A DNA stretch of 64,000 nt from Octopus sinensis (GCF_006345805.1 NC_043016.1:22630001-22694000); one strand, 5' to 3'. Shown: positions 39,869 through 54,309, counted from the stretch's first letter. The notes: a model not told the origin generated them from the sequence alone. Made by a program: numbers and translations.

Positions 39869-40139
39869 CTGTAAAGAATTGAATTAAATGACATCTTAGT
39901 TAAAGGAGATGATACACAATAAACAAATTTAACAACTAAGGTACACTTTGTTCTGTAAGTGTTGAAAATCGTTTTAAAATTTAAAGGTTTGCATTTTTGA
40001 TTGGGTATGAAAGCTTTGTTTGAAGAAGAAAGGAAATATGGGATATCGTGATGTTAATTCCTTTTTCAATGCTATTGAACAGTGTAAGAAAGTTAACTGA
40101 TTCCAAATGAGAATTGAACTGTATTGCAAATACAGTTAA

Positions 40140-40315
40140 CCCTTTAGTGTTTAAACTGGCCATATCCAGCTAAAATATTTTACCTGTTTTATGTTCAAAC
40201 TGGCTAGATCTGGCCTCTCATACAAAGCCTACAATGTCATTCTTAAAACAGACAACCACATCATTGATATCTCAAAGCTATGAAATACGACATGACTAAT
40301 CTGAATATTAAAGGG
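40140..40315. mobile_element. piggyBac-type MITE
   Basis: TTAA|CCCTTTA...TAAAGGG|TTAA; a related copy lies at 42654-42873. Confidence 0.85.
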
Positions 40316-40746
40316 TTAAATTATTTTGGTATTATTGATTATTGGATGCTTACCTCTTAGTATTTTGTTTACTAAAAAAAAACTCATGATATATGGGCAT
40401 GATGAATAAAACAGCAGCAGATGTATCTGATACTGTTGCAGAGATATGTATAACTAGTTACTTCAGTGTTGAACGGAGGAAGGGGAGGGGCTTTCATAAT
40501 AGCAATATTAGAAGTAACAAGTCTGCGAGTCACAGTGTAGAGGAATGTATGTAATTGAACGTCAATGAATCAGTCAATTGGTTATCTTTTAGATGCAGTT
40601 AAGAATGTTAATGCGAGAAAATAACAGTAATTCAATGTGATGCTTCTTACTAGCAGTCAGGTAACTGATGAGAGCCACAAAGATTTTGAAACTTAAAAAG
40701 GGACATTACACTTTATGATGATACAATTTTGGCTATCATCTAGGCT

Positions 40747-40798
<52 letters not shown>

Positions 40799-41019
40799 TT
40801 CATGTGTAACAGCAGCCCTGTCCCAGACATATGAGCAGCACAAGGTCAGCAAATGAATGAACTGCAAAGAAAGGTAAGTGCTTGGAGTGTGGTGTGGTGT
40901 GGTGTGGTGTGTGAATGGTGAACTATTTATCAACTCAAGAGATGTCAACAGGTTTCTTGTAACGCTCAGCCACTGTTGGATGGAGCAATGCACATACTTA
41001 CGTGTGCATATGTATCAGA

Positions 41020-41960
41020 ATGTTCGGAAAATAATTGTGTATTACCAGAAAAGATATAAAAACGAATGTAAACTACGTTTATCTGAATAGTTTTAATGAA
41101 GAATGTAAACACCAGCATTTTCAACGACTGCAGCCCAACAGGAAAGCAACTTTTTTTTATGCCACGTTCAAAGAAACCTATTTCTTTTCCTGAAAAAAAT
41201 GTCTGAAAGACTGTTTTCTATTTCCTCTCTATTTTTGAATCTTTTGCCTCTTATAAAATATTCTAGTGATCGGAACAGATGGAATTCCATATGTGCTAAG
41301 TCAGGTGAGAGTGGAGGATATCTAATGATCTTATTTTTTCTTGGGTTTGTTTTGAAGAGTGCGGCCATGCATTGTCATGCTAGAGAATAACATGTTTTTT
41401 GTTTACCAAACCTAGTCACTTTCCACATAATTTTTCATTTACATGATCAATTTGTTGGCAATAAATATCTGTATTAACAGTTCTTCCACATTCCAGCAGT
41501 TTATAATGGATGATACCTTTCATGATCCTCCAAACACAAAGCAAGGATTTTTGTGGATGGAGTTCTGGTATTGGTGTTGGCACTGGCCTCTCATTACATG
41601 ACAATCATTGTCTTTTTCATTTACAGTTGTGATACAAAACCCATTTTTCATCATCTACAACAATGTACTGCATAAATGACACATCGTTACACCTGGTTCG
41701 AAGACTGCTGCAGTGGGTGGAACATTGTATTTGGTTCTCAAGTGTAAGCTCATGTAGAACCCAAATTCCTTCTTTGCATGTTTTCCTAATTTGCATGAGA
41801 TGTTTGTGGATTGTTGAACATGACCCATTAAATTTTTGCGCCAAATCTCTGGTGCTTTGACGTGGATCTGATACAATGGTCTCATTTAAAAGATTGTCAT
41901 TCAGAATAGGTCAACTTTTAGAGAGAAGCTTGTCAGATATGTCACAATTGCCATCTTTAA
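41020..41960 (-). mobile_element. Decayed mariner transposon
   Basis: Minus-strand fragments WVLHEL, IVVDDEKWVLYHN, ELHPQKSLLCVW..KGIIHYKLL..G.TVNTDIYCQQ and PPLSPDLAHMEFHLFRSLEYFIRGKRF. Confidence 0.9.
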
Positions 41961-42347
41961 ACCTTTTCAACCAGAGATGACATGTACGAGCTTTCACTGC
42001 ATCCAGAAACACTTCACAAATGTTCTTCATTGCTTCTGTAGCAGTACTTTTCATACAAAATATACAGTAAGCAATGACAAATACGTTGTTTCATAAAGCT
42101 CTTATCCTCCATGGGGTTAATTACCAACTATGAATGACACGCTACCAGATAAAAGAGATGATATACTATTTCTAGACAGTTCCCACCCATTCGACCTTGG
42201 CTCTAAAGTGATTGGTTGATATATACTCCATAATGGTGAAAAAAGCAATTACTTTCCAAACACCCTAATGTGTGTGTGTGTGTGTGTTTCTTATATTTAT
42301 TCTTTTTTCTCCTTGAATTGAAGATAATTGAATTGAAAGATACTCAC

Positions 42348-42428
42348 ACAATATTTAACACAGAGTCTGGAAGTTTCACAGAATGCAGGCATCGTTTCCA
42401 TTGTGACACGGATGAATGTACATACAAA
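42348..42428 (-). CDS. MAPK8IP3/SPAG9: JIP3/4 coding exon 6: (N)[26 protein letters not shown](V); not in the supplied ORF track
   Basis: Acceptor ttctgttttgcAG, donor GT|GTgagt, phase 2 to 2. Matches the conserved LYVHSSVxQWxxCLHSxKLxDS. Confidence 0.95.
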
Positions 42429-42653
42429 CTGCAAAACAGAAAGAAAGAATGATACATCAATTATTAATTTTTAACAAAGACTGAAAGAACAAACAAATAA
42501 GCACAACTCACACAACACATCCACTACCTCAATGTTAATCAAATATTTTTAACTATCAATCCTTTTCTTTTACTAACATTCTTTCAATACACTGAATCAA
42601 AACGATGCCACTCTTGCTGTGACTCAATGCTGCACACCTATTCCTATTTTTAA

Positions 42654-42873
42654 CCCTTAAGCATTTAAAATGGCCATATCCAGCCCAAGTATGTCACCGG
42701 CATTATGTTATAGCCAGCCAGATCCGGCCTATCACATCTACATTTCAATGCCATTATAAAAATATACAATCACATCATCAAAATTTCAAAGCAACCAAAT
42801 AATGCAGAATTAATTAAAAGCAATGTGACTGAAAAAGCATTACATTTGACAGAATATCCTGAATGATAAACGG
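42654..42873. mobile_element. piggyBac-type MITE (same family as 40140-40315, more diverged)
   Basis: TTAA|CCCTT start; shared TTTAAAxTGGCCATATCCAGC and CCAGATCxGGCCT blocks. Confidence 0.7.
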
Positions 42874-44925
42874 TTAGTATATATACACCAGAGAAATTTA
42901 GTCCTGGGTACTAGTTTAACACAAATGACTATTTAACAGAGCACCACACTACTATCAGCAAATAATTTATACATTATTGCCTAACCATAGTTACTGACCT
43001 GATCTTTAGCGTATGGCACCAGTCAAACTCAGGTACATATTCTTTATGCCTCACACGTACTCCCATAGCTACCATTTTAAGTTTTATCTTTATATTTTAA
43101 TTTGAAATTGTATTTTTTTTATATCTTTTATCTTTCTCAATTTTTTTTATTTGTTATTTGTTTCAATCATTAAACTACAGCTATGCCCTAGAACACTACC
43201 TTGAATTTTTAGTCAAAAGAATCAATCTCAGTACATTTTTTTTCTTTAAGGCCTGGTACTTATTTTATTGGTCTCTTTTGCCAAACTGCTAAGTTACGGG
43301 GATGAACCAAGCAGTGCAAGGTGGGGAGGAGACAAACAGGCACCAACACACTCACACACCACATATATAAAGACAGAGAGAAAGATATACAGATGGATAT
43401 ATGATGGGCATCTTTCAGCTTCCATCTTCCAAATCCACTCACAAGGTTTTTTGATGAGTCTGAGGTTATAGTAGAAGACACTTGCCCTACATGGCATGCA
43501 GTGGGATGAACTCAGAACCATATGGTTGGGAAACAAACTTTTTACTACACAGCAATTATGCAAATTTACACATACCTGTTTATACATATGACTAGATTAC
43601 AAGATTAACAGAAAACCCAGAGCTAGAATGAACAACATTGAAGGATGCACATATGCATGTACATGCAAGTCAGAACATTACCAATTGCTACAAGTGCAGT
43701 GACAGCCTTTATTTCATGTACAGAAATACCCACAAATTTTGACAATATTATTTAAAGTACACTTTGGTTTATTGTTTAAAAATTACATGCATTTGTGGTA
43801 AATGTTCAATTTTGTTTATTTACTTATATACATTTTCATTTTTTTTATTATTAATGTTGATAATGTCATTGTGACTAACATACAATCATAATTTATATTT
43901 AATCCCACTATTTGGAAAAGAAATAATTACCCTTTTTGTATTAACAGCCATCCAGAGGGTACTAAGTGTGTATTATATTTAACATTTATTTTTATAATAT
44001 TTAAAATAGGAGACTAAAACTAATAAAAAAACTGTACAGATATCACCCTGCTACATGTCCTTTGACCCCAATATCTTTATAAAAAATTTCCACTATCCCC
44101 TTCTCTAAGGTAGTACCACTCACTCTGAGGAGCACTACTATAAAAGACAACTCATACACATTCTACACAAACATCACCCAACATTTCAATACAACACAAA
44201 ATGTACATATTCTATACAATATGTGAAACACTATACTAACACCAAGAACACTATCCAAACACAGTTCTACAATGTTGCATAGATGGTGCTGTAGTAGAAA
44301 CTCATAAGAAGTTTTTGAAAACATAATAAACAATTATTTCTAATTTAGATGCAAGGCTAAGAGTTTTTAGGGTAGGGGATAGTCAATTACAAGAAACATA
44401 TATCAGTACTTGACTAATGTTATATTTTATCAACCCCAAAAGAATGAAATGTGATGGTAGCCTTAGCAGGATTTGAAACCAGAAAATAAAGAGCCAGGAG
44501 AAACACTGCAAGGCATTTTCCCCCCAATGATCTAATGATTTTACCTTAGGAAGGTTCTTGGCATCTAATGTTACTTGTTGTAGAGCAATGTTAGGAATTT
44601 TTTCCAACAGTCTAATCTGTTATGCGTACATGAAATAATAATAATAAACTTATAAAGATAATTATGAATGTTCTCCATACATCTAAGAAATATTAGTCAG
44701 GCGAGAGACAAAATATAAATAGATTGATGACACCACGGATGATGATGAAAGTGATAGCAGTAATGGTGTATTGATATTCTTAATATTCAATCTTTACAAC
44801 CTACACAACCATTGTTCTGATGTGATGCTACTATCACAACCATTGCTACCACCACTGCTACTACCACCACCAGTTCCAAAAGAGACATAGTCACCACTAA
44901 AACAAAGTTGTTCTGCTGTACTTAC

Positions 44926-45157
44926 TTGCCACTTTGTGAGCCCAGCCACATTGTAGGTAAGACACTGCTCATTTTTTCGACTTCTTCATATTGCAAATCA
45001 TTATCAGTCGGGAGAGTGGAAATGCCATCTTTCACAAGTTCCGTCGGTTCTTGGAGAAGACGTTTTTCAAGACCCAGTGAAGGACTCGACGTTGGTGTAG
45101 TAGTGCCAGACGATGCTGGTGATCCAGTTGCTTTTATCAATGAACCTTGGGCATCAA
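44926..45157 (-). CDS. MAPK8IP3/SPAG9: JIP3/4 coding exon 5: (V)DAQGSLIKATGSPASSGTTTPTSSPSLGLEKRLLQEPTELVKDGISTLPTDNDLQYEEVEKMSSVLPTMWLGSQSG
   Basis: Acceptor ttctctacctcttcAG, donor AA|GTaagt, phase 1 to 2. MSSVLPTMWLG motif. Confidence 0.92.
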
Positions 45158-45224
45158 CTGAAGAGGTAGAGAAAACACCAGCATCCCAAAATATTTGTAA
45201 TAATATTAATGATGGAGAAAGAAA

Positions 45225-45247
45225 GAGAGAGGGGGAGAGGGGAGGAG

Positions 45248-45285
<38 letters not shown>

Positions 45286-45476
45286 AAGAAAGAAAGAAAG
45301 AAAGAAGAAGAAAGAAAGAAAGAAAGGAAGGAAGGAAGGAAGGAAGGAAGGAAGGAAGGAAGGAAGGAAGGAAGGAAGGAAGGAGGAAGGAAGGAAGGAA
45401 GAAGGAAGGAAGGAAGAAGGAAGGAAGGAAGAAAGAAAGAAAGAAAAAAGAAAGAAAGAAGAAAGAAAGAAAGAAA

Positions 45477-45537
<61 letters not shown>

Positions 45538-45620
45538 AAAAGAGAAAGAAAAGAAAAGAAAAGAAAAGAAAAGAAAAGGAAAGAAAAGAAAAGAAAAGGA
45601 AAGAAAAAAGAAAGAAAGAA
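45225..45620. repeat. Compound (GA)n/(GAAA)n/(GGAA)n microsatellite; pure pyrimidine tract on the pre-mRNA strand
   Basis: Directly visible; ends about 65 nt upstream of the exon-5 acceptor. Confidence 0.97.
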
Positions 45621-46158
45621 TATGAGCAGAAATCTATTTTTTGCAAAAGTTTGAAGCCAGAAATCATGCATGGCTATCAGAAAAAGAAAAAAAAATTCTA
45701 CTAATTTTAATTTAAATATAAAAATCTACAGAAACATATACTTAATGTAGACGAAGAACAATTAAAATAATTAATATAAATATATAACCATGGAAGTTAA
45801 AAGATTTCTTTTTGAAAAGAAATAAAAGATATATACAAAAAGAAAGAGGAAAACAAAAAGCATTTAGGTGAAAAAAAAATAATAGATTTCTAAAGTTGGG
45901 GTACTAATTCTAAAGATAATATAGAAACATTAAAATTTCCTACCAGCATAAGACCACACAAAGAATTTCTGTAAGACTTCAAGGTAAAATATTAGGAAAT
46001 ATCATTACAAAATAAAACAGCAAACATTATATACAAACAAGTATTTCTTTTTTTTTTTTTTATGAAAAAAAGATATACCTGACTGCCATTTCTATATGGT
46101 GGACTTTGTAAAATTTTTAAAAGAGACTGGATTTTTTTTATTTATTCATTATTTTTAC

Positions 46159-46230
46159 CTGACTCACTGCCTTCAGGATTTCCTCGATCTTCAGGGATAT
46201 CGTCACCCTCTTTAGTGTCATCAACTTTTT
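46159..46230 (-). CDS. MAPK8IP3/SPAG9: JIP3/4 coding exon 4 (72 nt, symmetric, probable cassette): (E)KVDDTKEGDDIPEDRGNPEGSES
   Basis: Strong donor CAG|GTaaaa and a weaker acceptor ttttcactattgAAG. Open frame in phase 1-1. Acidic linker with no conserved motif, so inclusion is inferred. Confidence 0.7.
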
Positions 46231-46292
46231 CTTCAATAGTGAAAAAAAGGTAAATGAAAAGTTGAATATAAAATGTCAGTAAACTGTGTTGC

Positions 46293-46332
<40 letters not shown>

Positions 46333-46989
46333 GCAACAACAACAACAATAATAATCCATTCTACTAAAGGCACAAGGCCTGAAATTTTGGGGGGAAGAGG
46401 GACTAGTTGGTTACATCAAACCAAGTATTTCACTGGTACTTAATTTATTGACCTCCCGAAACGATGAAAGGCAAAGTTGACCTTGGTGGAATTTGAACTC
46501 AGAACATGAAGATGGACAAAATGCTTAGCAACATTTTGTCTGGCATGCAAACAATTCTGCCAGCCCCCCCCCCTTTAATAATAATAGTAATAATTAATGT
46601 GTAGCCTTCAAAATTTTCTATCCAAAAGAGTCTTCCAACCCAACATTCACTTTCTATTATTTATAGCTTCAAGTGCTTCGAGATACACCGTTCCAAAAAG
46701 AATTATTTCACATTTTCATGAAAGTTTATAAATTGTTATGAAGTCAACAATAATAATAAAATTAAGGTCAGCAAATTATAGGGGGAGGGATGTTAGTAAA
46801 TTACATGACCCCAATACTTGATAGATATTTTATATTCATCAATCACAAAAAGATGAAAAACAAAGATGGCCTCCATGGAACTAAAACTCAGAACATAAAA
46901 AGCTCGAAAAAATGCCGCTAAGCATTTTGTCTAATGCACTAACAATTCTGCCAACTTGCCCCTTTAGCATTAACAATAATAACAGCTTT

Positions 46990-47500
46990 GTGCCAATATT
47001 TGAAATTATTATTATTATTAGCGGATACCAAACAAATTGAAGACAATTGAGAAATATCAGAACCTTGCTAGAATGATGAAAAGCTTGTGGAAGACTTAAG
47101 ATGACAATTATTCCTATGTAACTGGTGCACTTGGCACACATTACAAGCTGAATTCTATTTAGGCCAATAGACAAGATATTATGGTAAAAATCACATTAGA
47201 AAAGCATGCTTGCTCATAGATATGTCAATCCCAGCAGACTGCAACACCTCTGTGAAAACATTTGAAAGTTAAGTAAATACAAAGACCTTAAAATAGAGGT
47301 TTCAAAAATATGGCATCTAAGAACGACAACTGTGTAATCATTGGGGCTTTGAGGGATAATACTAAATGGTCCCCTTAAATATCATGGTCAATTACCAGGA
47401 AACCCAAATTATCAGAACTACAAAAAATTGTTTCCATAGATACAGCCCACATTCTAAGGAAAACATTCTCAACTTTAAAATATCTGAATCTTAAAATCTT
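46990..47500 (+). mobile_element. RLE-type non-LTR retrotransposon endonuclease fragments
   Basis: DIMVKNHIRKACLLIDMSIPADCN...KYKDLKIEVSKIW..IIGAL (PD-(D/E)xK nuclease region), frameshifted. Confidence 0.75.
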
Positions 47501-47779
47501 TCAAAACTTCAAATATTAAAACAAACTTTTAACAGAATCTTAATTCTCAGTGATTAGTCTCTTTTCACCGAAATGTATTATTGCTGCACATAAATAAACC
47601 TAGAATAAAATGTCCAGCTTGGTGTTTGTTATATGAGGTTCTGGGTGAGATTTGAAACACCTTGCATAAAAAAGCAACAGCAAAAACATAATAATAATGA
47701 TAATAATAATGACAATAATGATAATAATGATAATAATAATAATAATTGAAATGCCAAAAGGACAAACAATGAAAGCAGT

Positions 47780-48930
47780 TGAGAAAGGACAGTAGTATAA
47801 GTATTTAAGAATACTGGTGGCAGATGAAGGAAAACATGAAGAAATGAAGCAAAATACAAATAGGGAGTATACAAAGAGAGTGAAAAGATATAAGTCAAAC
47901 TCAAATTCAACAACTGTCATTGAAGCAATAAATTCAAGAGCAGTGCCAGTTATCAGGTACAGAACTGGAATTGTGAATCAGACAAAAAGCAACATACAGA
48001 AACTTGACAGAAACATTTGAAAGCTGTTGACTATGTTATGGAGCCCACAACTGAAAGCTGATATTAGCCAGTTGAACTCGAAGGGAGATCTGGGTGGAAG
48101 AGGTTTTATTGCTGTGGAAGAGTGTGTACAGATGGAAAGAAAAAGCCTATTAGAATATTTACAGAACGGCACACAGAATTTACTAAATGCAGTGGATAAA
48201 CAACAGGTGATCAATTGAGGAATAGGAGAAAACTACAAGAATGAAATTCAAAGTGGGCATGTTAAATAGATTGATGAGTAACCTTTGCATGGTCGACTTT
48301 GGAAAGCAACTGGGGATATATGTAGAACAAAAACCTGGGCTTGGTTCAAAAAAGGGCACTTGAAAAATGAGAGACTTTTAAGAGCAGCTCAAGATAAACA
48401 AAGAGAAAATATGTGTATGGGGAGAAAGTGTCAGCAAAATGTAGAGTGTGTAGAATTTGGAATGAAACAATGGCATACATTGTTGGAGAATGTTACAAGT
48501 TGGCTCAGGGTGAATATAAGAAATAGAGACATGACCAAGTTGTGAAAGTTTTACACTGGAGGCTTTTTCAGAAATGGGAATTTGAAGCTGGAAGTACTTG
48601 GTGTAATCAGCAGGTTGAAGGAGAGCTTGAGTTGGAAAAATGCAAAATTTTATGGGATTTTCCAATTCAAACCGATAAGAAGATAGAAAATGATAAACCA
48701 GATATAACAATAACAGACAAGGAAAAGCAAAGTTGCTTACTGATTGATCCATCATGTCCATTTGTTTCCAAGAGTGTAAAGAAGGAAGATGAAAAATTAA
48801 AAAAATATAATCCATTAAAATTTGAAACTGCAAGAATTTGGAATAGGGAAACTATAAAGGTTGTGCCTGTAATAATTGGTGCATTAGAGACTGTGAGTAA
48901 TGATATAGACAAATGACTAAAAAAGATTGG
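47780..48930 (+). mobile_element. 3' part of a decayed RLE-type (R4/NeSL-like) LINE: RT thumb, CCHC knuckle, restriction-like endonuclease
   Basis: AINSRAVPVIRY, GGRGFIAVEECV, HGRLW...WFKKGHLK...AAQD and KILWDFPIQTDKKIENDKPDITITDK..CLLIDPSCP..KYNPLK..VPVIIGAL across frameshifts. Confidence 0.88.
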
Positions 48931-50765
48931 AATGTTCTGTAGAGCTTGTTAAGAAAGTTTACCTGAAAATAGACTCTGAACAAATACTGCGAGGCATTTT
49001 TTCCAAGCACTCTAATGATTATGCTAATTTACTACACTAAAAATAATAATAATAATAATAATAATCTTTTCTACTAAAGGCACAAGGCATGAAATTTTGG
49101 GGGAGGATACTAGTCGATTACACCAACCCCAGTGTTTCACTGGTACTTAACTCACCAACCCTGAAAGGATGAAAGGTAAATTTGAAATCAGAAAGATGGA
49201 TGAAATGCCGTTAAGCATTTTGCCCAACATGCTAACAATTCTGCCAGCTTGCTACCTTATTATTATAAATAATAATAATTCTTTTAATTTTGGCACATGA
49301 CCAGCAACTTTTAAAAGAGAAGGATAAGTCAATTACATTGGAAGAAATGCTAAATAAAGCAATTTTACAAAAGGCTCTAACAGCCGTCACTACAACTTGG
49401 TTTCAGCTAGCTGGCACCATACTTTTGCTAATGGGTTTCAGATGTCCATGTCATTGTGAACAGACACGTTCCCCTCCTTTATCATAAACCCTCTGACCTA
49501 ATGGAACAAATATAGCTGCAGAAGGATAAACTGCAAAGTTGATTTTGATGGGATTTTGAAATCAGAATAATTACTACAATTGTCTCATAATCCAACAAAT
49601 CCGTCAGATTATTGTCATGATAATAATTATGATTCTAACAAAGGCATAAATCTAGCAATTTTGAGGGAAGGGAGAGCAGTCAAGTAGAACCACATTACTT
49701 GACTGGTACCTTATATTAGTGACCTCAGATGAATGAAAGGGAAAACTGACTTCAGTAGATTTGAACTCAGAACATAAGGACAGACAAAATGCCGCTAAGC
49801 ATTTTGCCTGGAGTGCCAATGAATCTGCCAGCTTGCCACCTCAGAATACCAAAAGCCAGATTAGATGCTATAAAGCATTTTTACAAATACTCTAACAATT
49901 CTGCCAATTTGTTGCATACCCAGGGTACATAAAACTGCAGTTGATAGAGAAGTAAAGGAATGCAATTAAAATAAAACTACTGAACAATAACAACAACAAC
50001 AATAATAATAATGATGATGATGAAGATTTTCTAACTTGGAACATTTAGGAGGCGATAACAGTTGATTACATCAATTCTAATATGTTACTAGTACTTTATT
50101 TTATTAACTCAAGAAGTTATCAAAGGTAAAGTCAACCTCAGAAAGATCTGAACTCTGAATGTAAAAGTCTGAAACTGAATAACACAAGACAATTCGAGCA
50201 CTACTTTACCAAACTTTACCAATTCACCACCAGAATGACAGCGCAGAAGGAAGGGAAATAGAGAAAGCAAAAACAGAAAAAAAAAGGGGGGGGGGGTAAC
50301 AGTGTTGGAATATATACAATGACAATGATGATGATGATGATGATGACAATGATCATGATCACGATGAATGTGTGAATAATGAGGCAAATATTAATTAAAT
50401 CTCATTTGATTGTGCAATCTTGGTATAAATTAAAACAACTTTTTTATATTATGGTTCTTTCTTTCTATGTTTAGCATCATAATTTTCAATTTTTTATTAT
50501 GTATATATTTATATCTTTAATTTTTTTTTTTTTTTTTGTTACCTTTCAGAGTTTTAACAGCTTCTTTGACAGTTTCCAATGAAGATCTGCCATCAGGACT
50601 GCTCTCTGTGAAAGGAAACATTTCACACCAATGTCAACAATTTCCAATTTTTCTTCAACAGCACAACAAAAACAACTTCGAAAGTCTCTTTTCAGAGTTA
50701 TTCCATGATCTGCACACACACACAGTCCTTACTATCTCTCTCTCTCTCTCTCTCTCTCACTTGCA

Positions 50766-50813
<48 letters not shown>

Positions 50814-50967
50814 TAGCAAGCTAGCTTTCATTCTATCTAATTACATTATTGTCATGAGATATCTCAAGTAGTATTTTCGAAAGGTAAAAAGAAAAATTTC
50901 GGCTTATTTCTAGTACACCCATAGCTGTACATAAACTACAATGATTATACATACACACACACTATAT

Positions 50968-51037
<70 letters not shown>

Positions 51038-51689
51038 GAATATTTGTGGTTGTGTGTATGTACATATAACTAGGTTCCATTAGCATTGTGCATTTTACCA
51101 ATACATCAAATTAACCAATAACCTTTGGTTGAAATTCTGTAGATGGAAATCAACTGGAAACCCATCATATAGATGTACACATACACACATTACACTCAAA
51201 TATGTGTATACATCTTCTGCACAACGTAAAATAATAATAGGTTATAGACATCAATATAAAATATCAGAAATTTATAAGTAGGGGTTAGTCAATGGAGGGA
51301 TTAAAGACAATGCAGACTTCAGTATGATTCTGAAATCAGAAAACAAAGTGCCAGAATAAATGCCGAAAGGAATTTTTTGCCTAATATTTTAATAATTCTA
51401 CCAAATTAATAACAATAATTGTTTCTAATATAAGTATAAGTCTTAAATATAGGAAAGGAGTTACTTCATTAAATCAACCCCAGTATTTGACTTGTATGTT
51501 ATTCTGTTCATTCCTAACTGCTTCTAATATTAGCAAAAGCTCGAAATCTGGTGGAAAGCTAAGTTGACAAAAAAAAAAGAAAGAAAATCAAACCCCCACC
51601 CTAACTCTTGAAAGGTATTTGATTTAGCAACAGTAGAAGGATGAAAGGCAAAGTTAACTTCAGATTATAAATGCATTTTGTCCACTGCA

Positions 51690-52330
51690 CATATAATTCT
51701 GCTGAGCCATTTATAATATTCCTTTTCACTATAGGCACAAGACCAGGAATTTGTGGAGGAAAAGTATAGCCAATTTACATCAAACCCCCCCAGTACTCAA
51801 CTGGTACTTATTTTATCAACCCCAAAAGAAGAAAGGCAAAGTCGAGCTTGACAAAATTTGAACTCAATAATAATAATAATAACAATAATCCTTTCTGTTA
51901 TCGGCACAAGGCCTGAAATTTTTGGGGAAGGGCAGTACTTGACTGGTACTTATTTTATCAACCCTGAAAGATTGAAAGGCAAAGTCAACTGGCAGAATTT
52001 GAACTCAGAACATAAGGCTGGATGAATGCCACTAAGCACTTTGTCTCTGGCATGCTTACAGTTCTACCAGCTCACTGCCTTGATGATGATGATGATGATG
52101 ATGATAATCCTTTCTACTATAGGTACAAGGCTTGAAATTTGGCAGGCGGGGGAGTAAGTTGATTAGGTCGCCCCCAGCACTTGACAAGTACTTAATTTAT
52201 TGACCCTGAAAGGATGAAAGGCAAAGTCAACCTCAGGGAAATTTGAACTCAGAATGTAAGGGCAGACAAAATGACACTATGCATTTTGTCTGGCATGCTA
52301 ACTATACTGCCAGCTCACTGGATAATAATA
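51690..52330 (-). mobile_element. Cluster of about four head-to-tail SINE family C copies
   Basis: Repeated CCTTTC...GGCACAAG...AAAGGCAAAGTC...GAACTCAGAA units separated by (AAT)n or (GAT)n. Confidence 0.75.
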
Positions 52331-53911
52331 ATAACAACAACTATCTTAATACTGAACTTAATAATTTGTCAAACATGCAACCATCTATTATTCTTTTCCT
52401 TCTTCTTCCCCTTCCTCTCTCTCTTTTACTCTCTCTCACTCTTTCCCTCTCTTTCGAATTTATCATGGCAAAAATCTTCAACTGTCATGAAATAATAAAA
52501 GAGAATTCTAAATCCAAGATGCACAAGCAAAGATTAGTAATGAATAGTATATTAGTTTGGAATTTCAAATACAGAGTATTAGTGCAGAGTTTTGTATATG
52601 TACCATTAGTATAAGTAATTAGTAAAGAAATTTAGTATGCATTAGAAATAGAAGATGAACAGAATACATTCCTTGAGGCAAACAAGATGCAGAGAGAAGG
52701 GTTAACATCAGTTAGTCATTCAACTGTGTGTGTGTGTGTATGGTGCCTTTACTCAAGCATTTATATGACATCATCATGAAAAAACCCTGGACTAATTCAC
52801 CATGGTTCCCAAACCCATCATATATTTGTATATGTTAGCAGCATATGTCTCAGTATATCTAGCAGCATATGTCTCAGTATATCTGTGTTGTGTGTATAGA
52901 CCTACATGTAAACAGATATACCCAAATGAAATAATGGTACTGTTACAAGTTCTTCAATTTCATTTACAACAAAATTGCTCACTTGCATTAGAATTTCTTT
53001 TTTCTTTTTCTTTTTTTGCTAATCTGATGAGAAATAGAAACTGAAGTTGTCTATTCATTCATAGTCAATGCTTATTAATCAATATTAAACATTGTGTTTT
53101 TCTGAAAATATTATCTTGTTGATTTTAAAAATCTTTTTAGTCACATTGTCAGTCATCACCATCACCACCACCACATTTATTTTACATTCATGATGGTTGA
53201 GATTTGATGGGTCTTAAAGCATTTCACAACATATTGCAGCCTGTCATCTTCAAACACATACAAATAGTAACAACAAAATTAAAATGGATGACTTCATTGT
53301 TCTGTAATGTCCTTTTACAGATTTTTTTATGTTAGTTTTTAGCACGTTTTTTTTTTCACAGCATGATGCCTTTTTCTTGTCCCCAACACACTCATTAAAA
53401 TGAAATCACTCCAATAATAATTCTTTACTTTTAAAAGTTCCTGAATTCAGATTTGATAAACTGTGAGGAATTTTCTATAGGACTTTCCAAATGGGTAAAA
53501 TGGAAGTGTCCATTCCATATATTTTAGAGGAACAAGTTTCAGGAATTAGAGTAGAAAGAGAGAGATTGACTTTTTGATTAAAAAACATTTTGTTGAATTA
53601 CTTTCATGAAATATCTTGTGACATTTACATTGTAGGCAATAAATTCGTCAAAAACTTGACTAGTGAACCTCCAACACATGATTACATACAGAATGTACTA
53701 TTGCACTACAAATGTAAGTTGTATTTGGTCCAATACCATATCATTATGGAGGCAATGTTTAGTCCATCACTACCTATGTGTGATCCACTCAGCCTGCCAT
53801 TACTATGGTTAATTATCCAGTAACAAATTTGAAATTGTCATGTCTTGTGGAATGTAAATGTAGAAGAAAAGAAAGATCAAAGAAATTAAGGAAAATGCTT
53901 TTGGTGCTTAA

Positions 53912-54113
53912 CCCTTTTGTAACTAGATTTCTATTAAAATACATCACCTTTGTTTCAACTAATTTTGGAAATAATAAAGATTTTAGAAAATGATTCATTA
54001 TTATACTAGTGTTTGAACCAGGGAATGTTTTAATTTAGATCACTTAATAAAGCAGGAGTTTGTTATCACATATAGAAGGAGAATTGGTTTCAGATGAGTT
54101 GGTAGCAAAAGGG
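53912..54113. mobile_element. piggyBac-type MITE (second family)
   Basis: TTAA|CCCTTTTGTAACTA...TGGTAGCAAAAGGG|CTAA. Confidence 0.7.
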
Positions 54114-54309
54114 CTAAAGAGAGATGATTAAGAAAATGAGAATGTTAGCAAGAGATGGAATGTAACAAGAGTGGAAATTTGTTTCACTGAAAAATAGTTT
54201 CTAACAGAAGCCAAACACAGACAGAGATGAAGAGAGAGGAGAGTGTTTAAAACTACTGGAAGATGAAACATGTAAACTTGAATAATAACACAGGAAAATA
54301 TGTAAGAAT

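Noticed and set aside
40640-40720. CTGATGA...GAAAC hammerhead-like motif
   Set aside because: Helix II does not pair convincingly and no GUH with a helix I partner can be placed.
44908-45671. Longest ORFs in the track (248/249 aa; ERK-rich or FLS-rich)
   Set aside because: Only 44926-45157 on the minus strand is a real exon. The rest is the purine/pyrimidine microsatellite, and the plus-strand ORF is antisense shadow.
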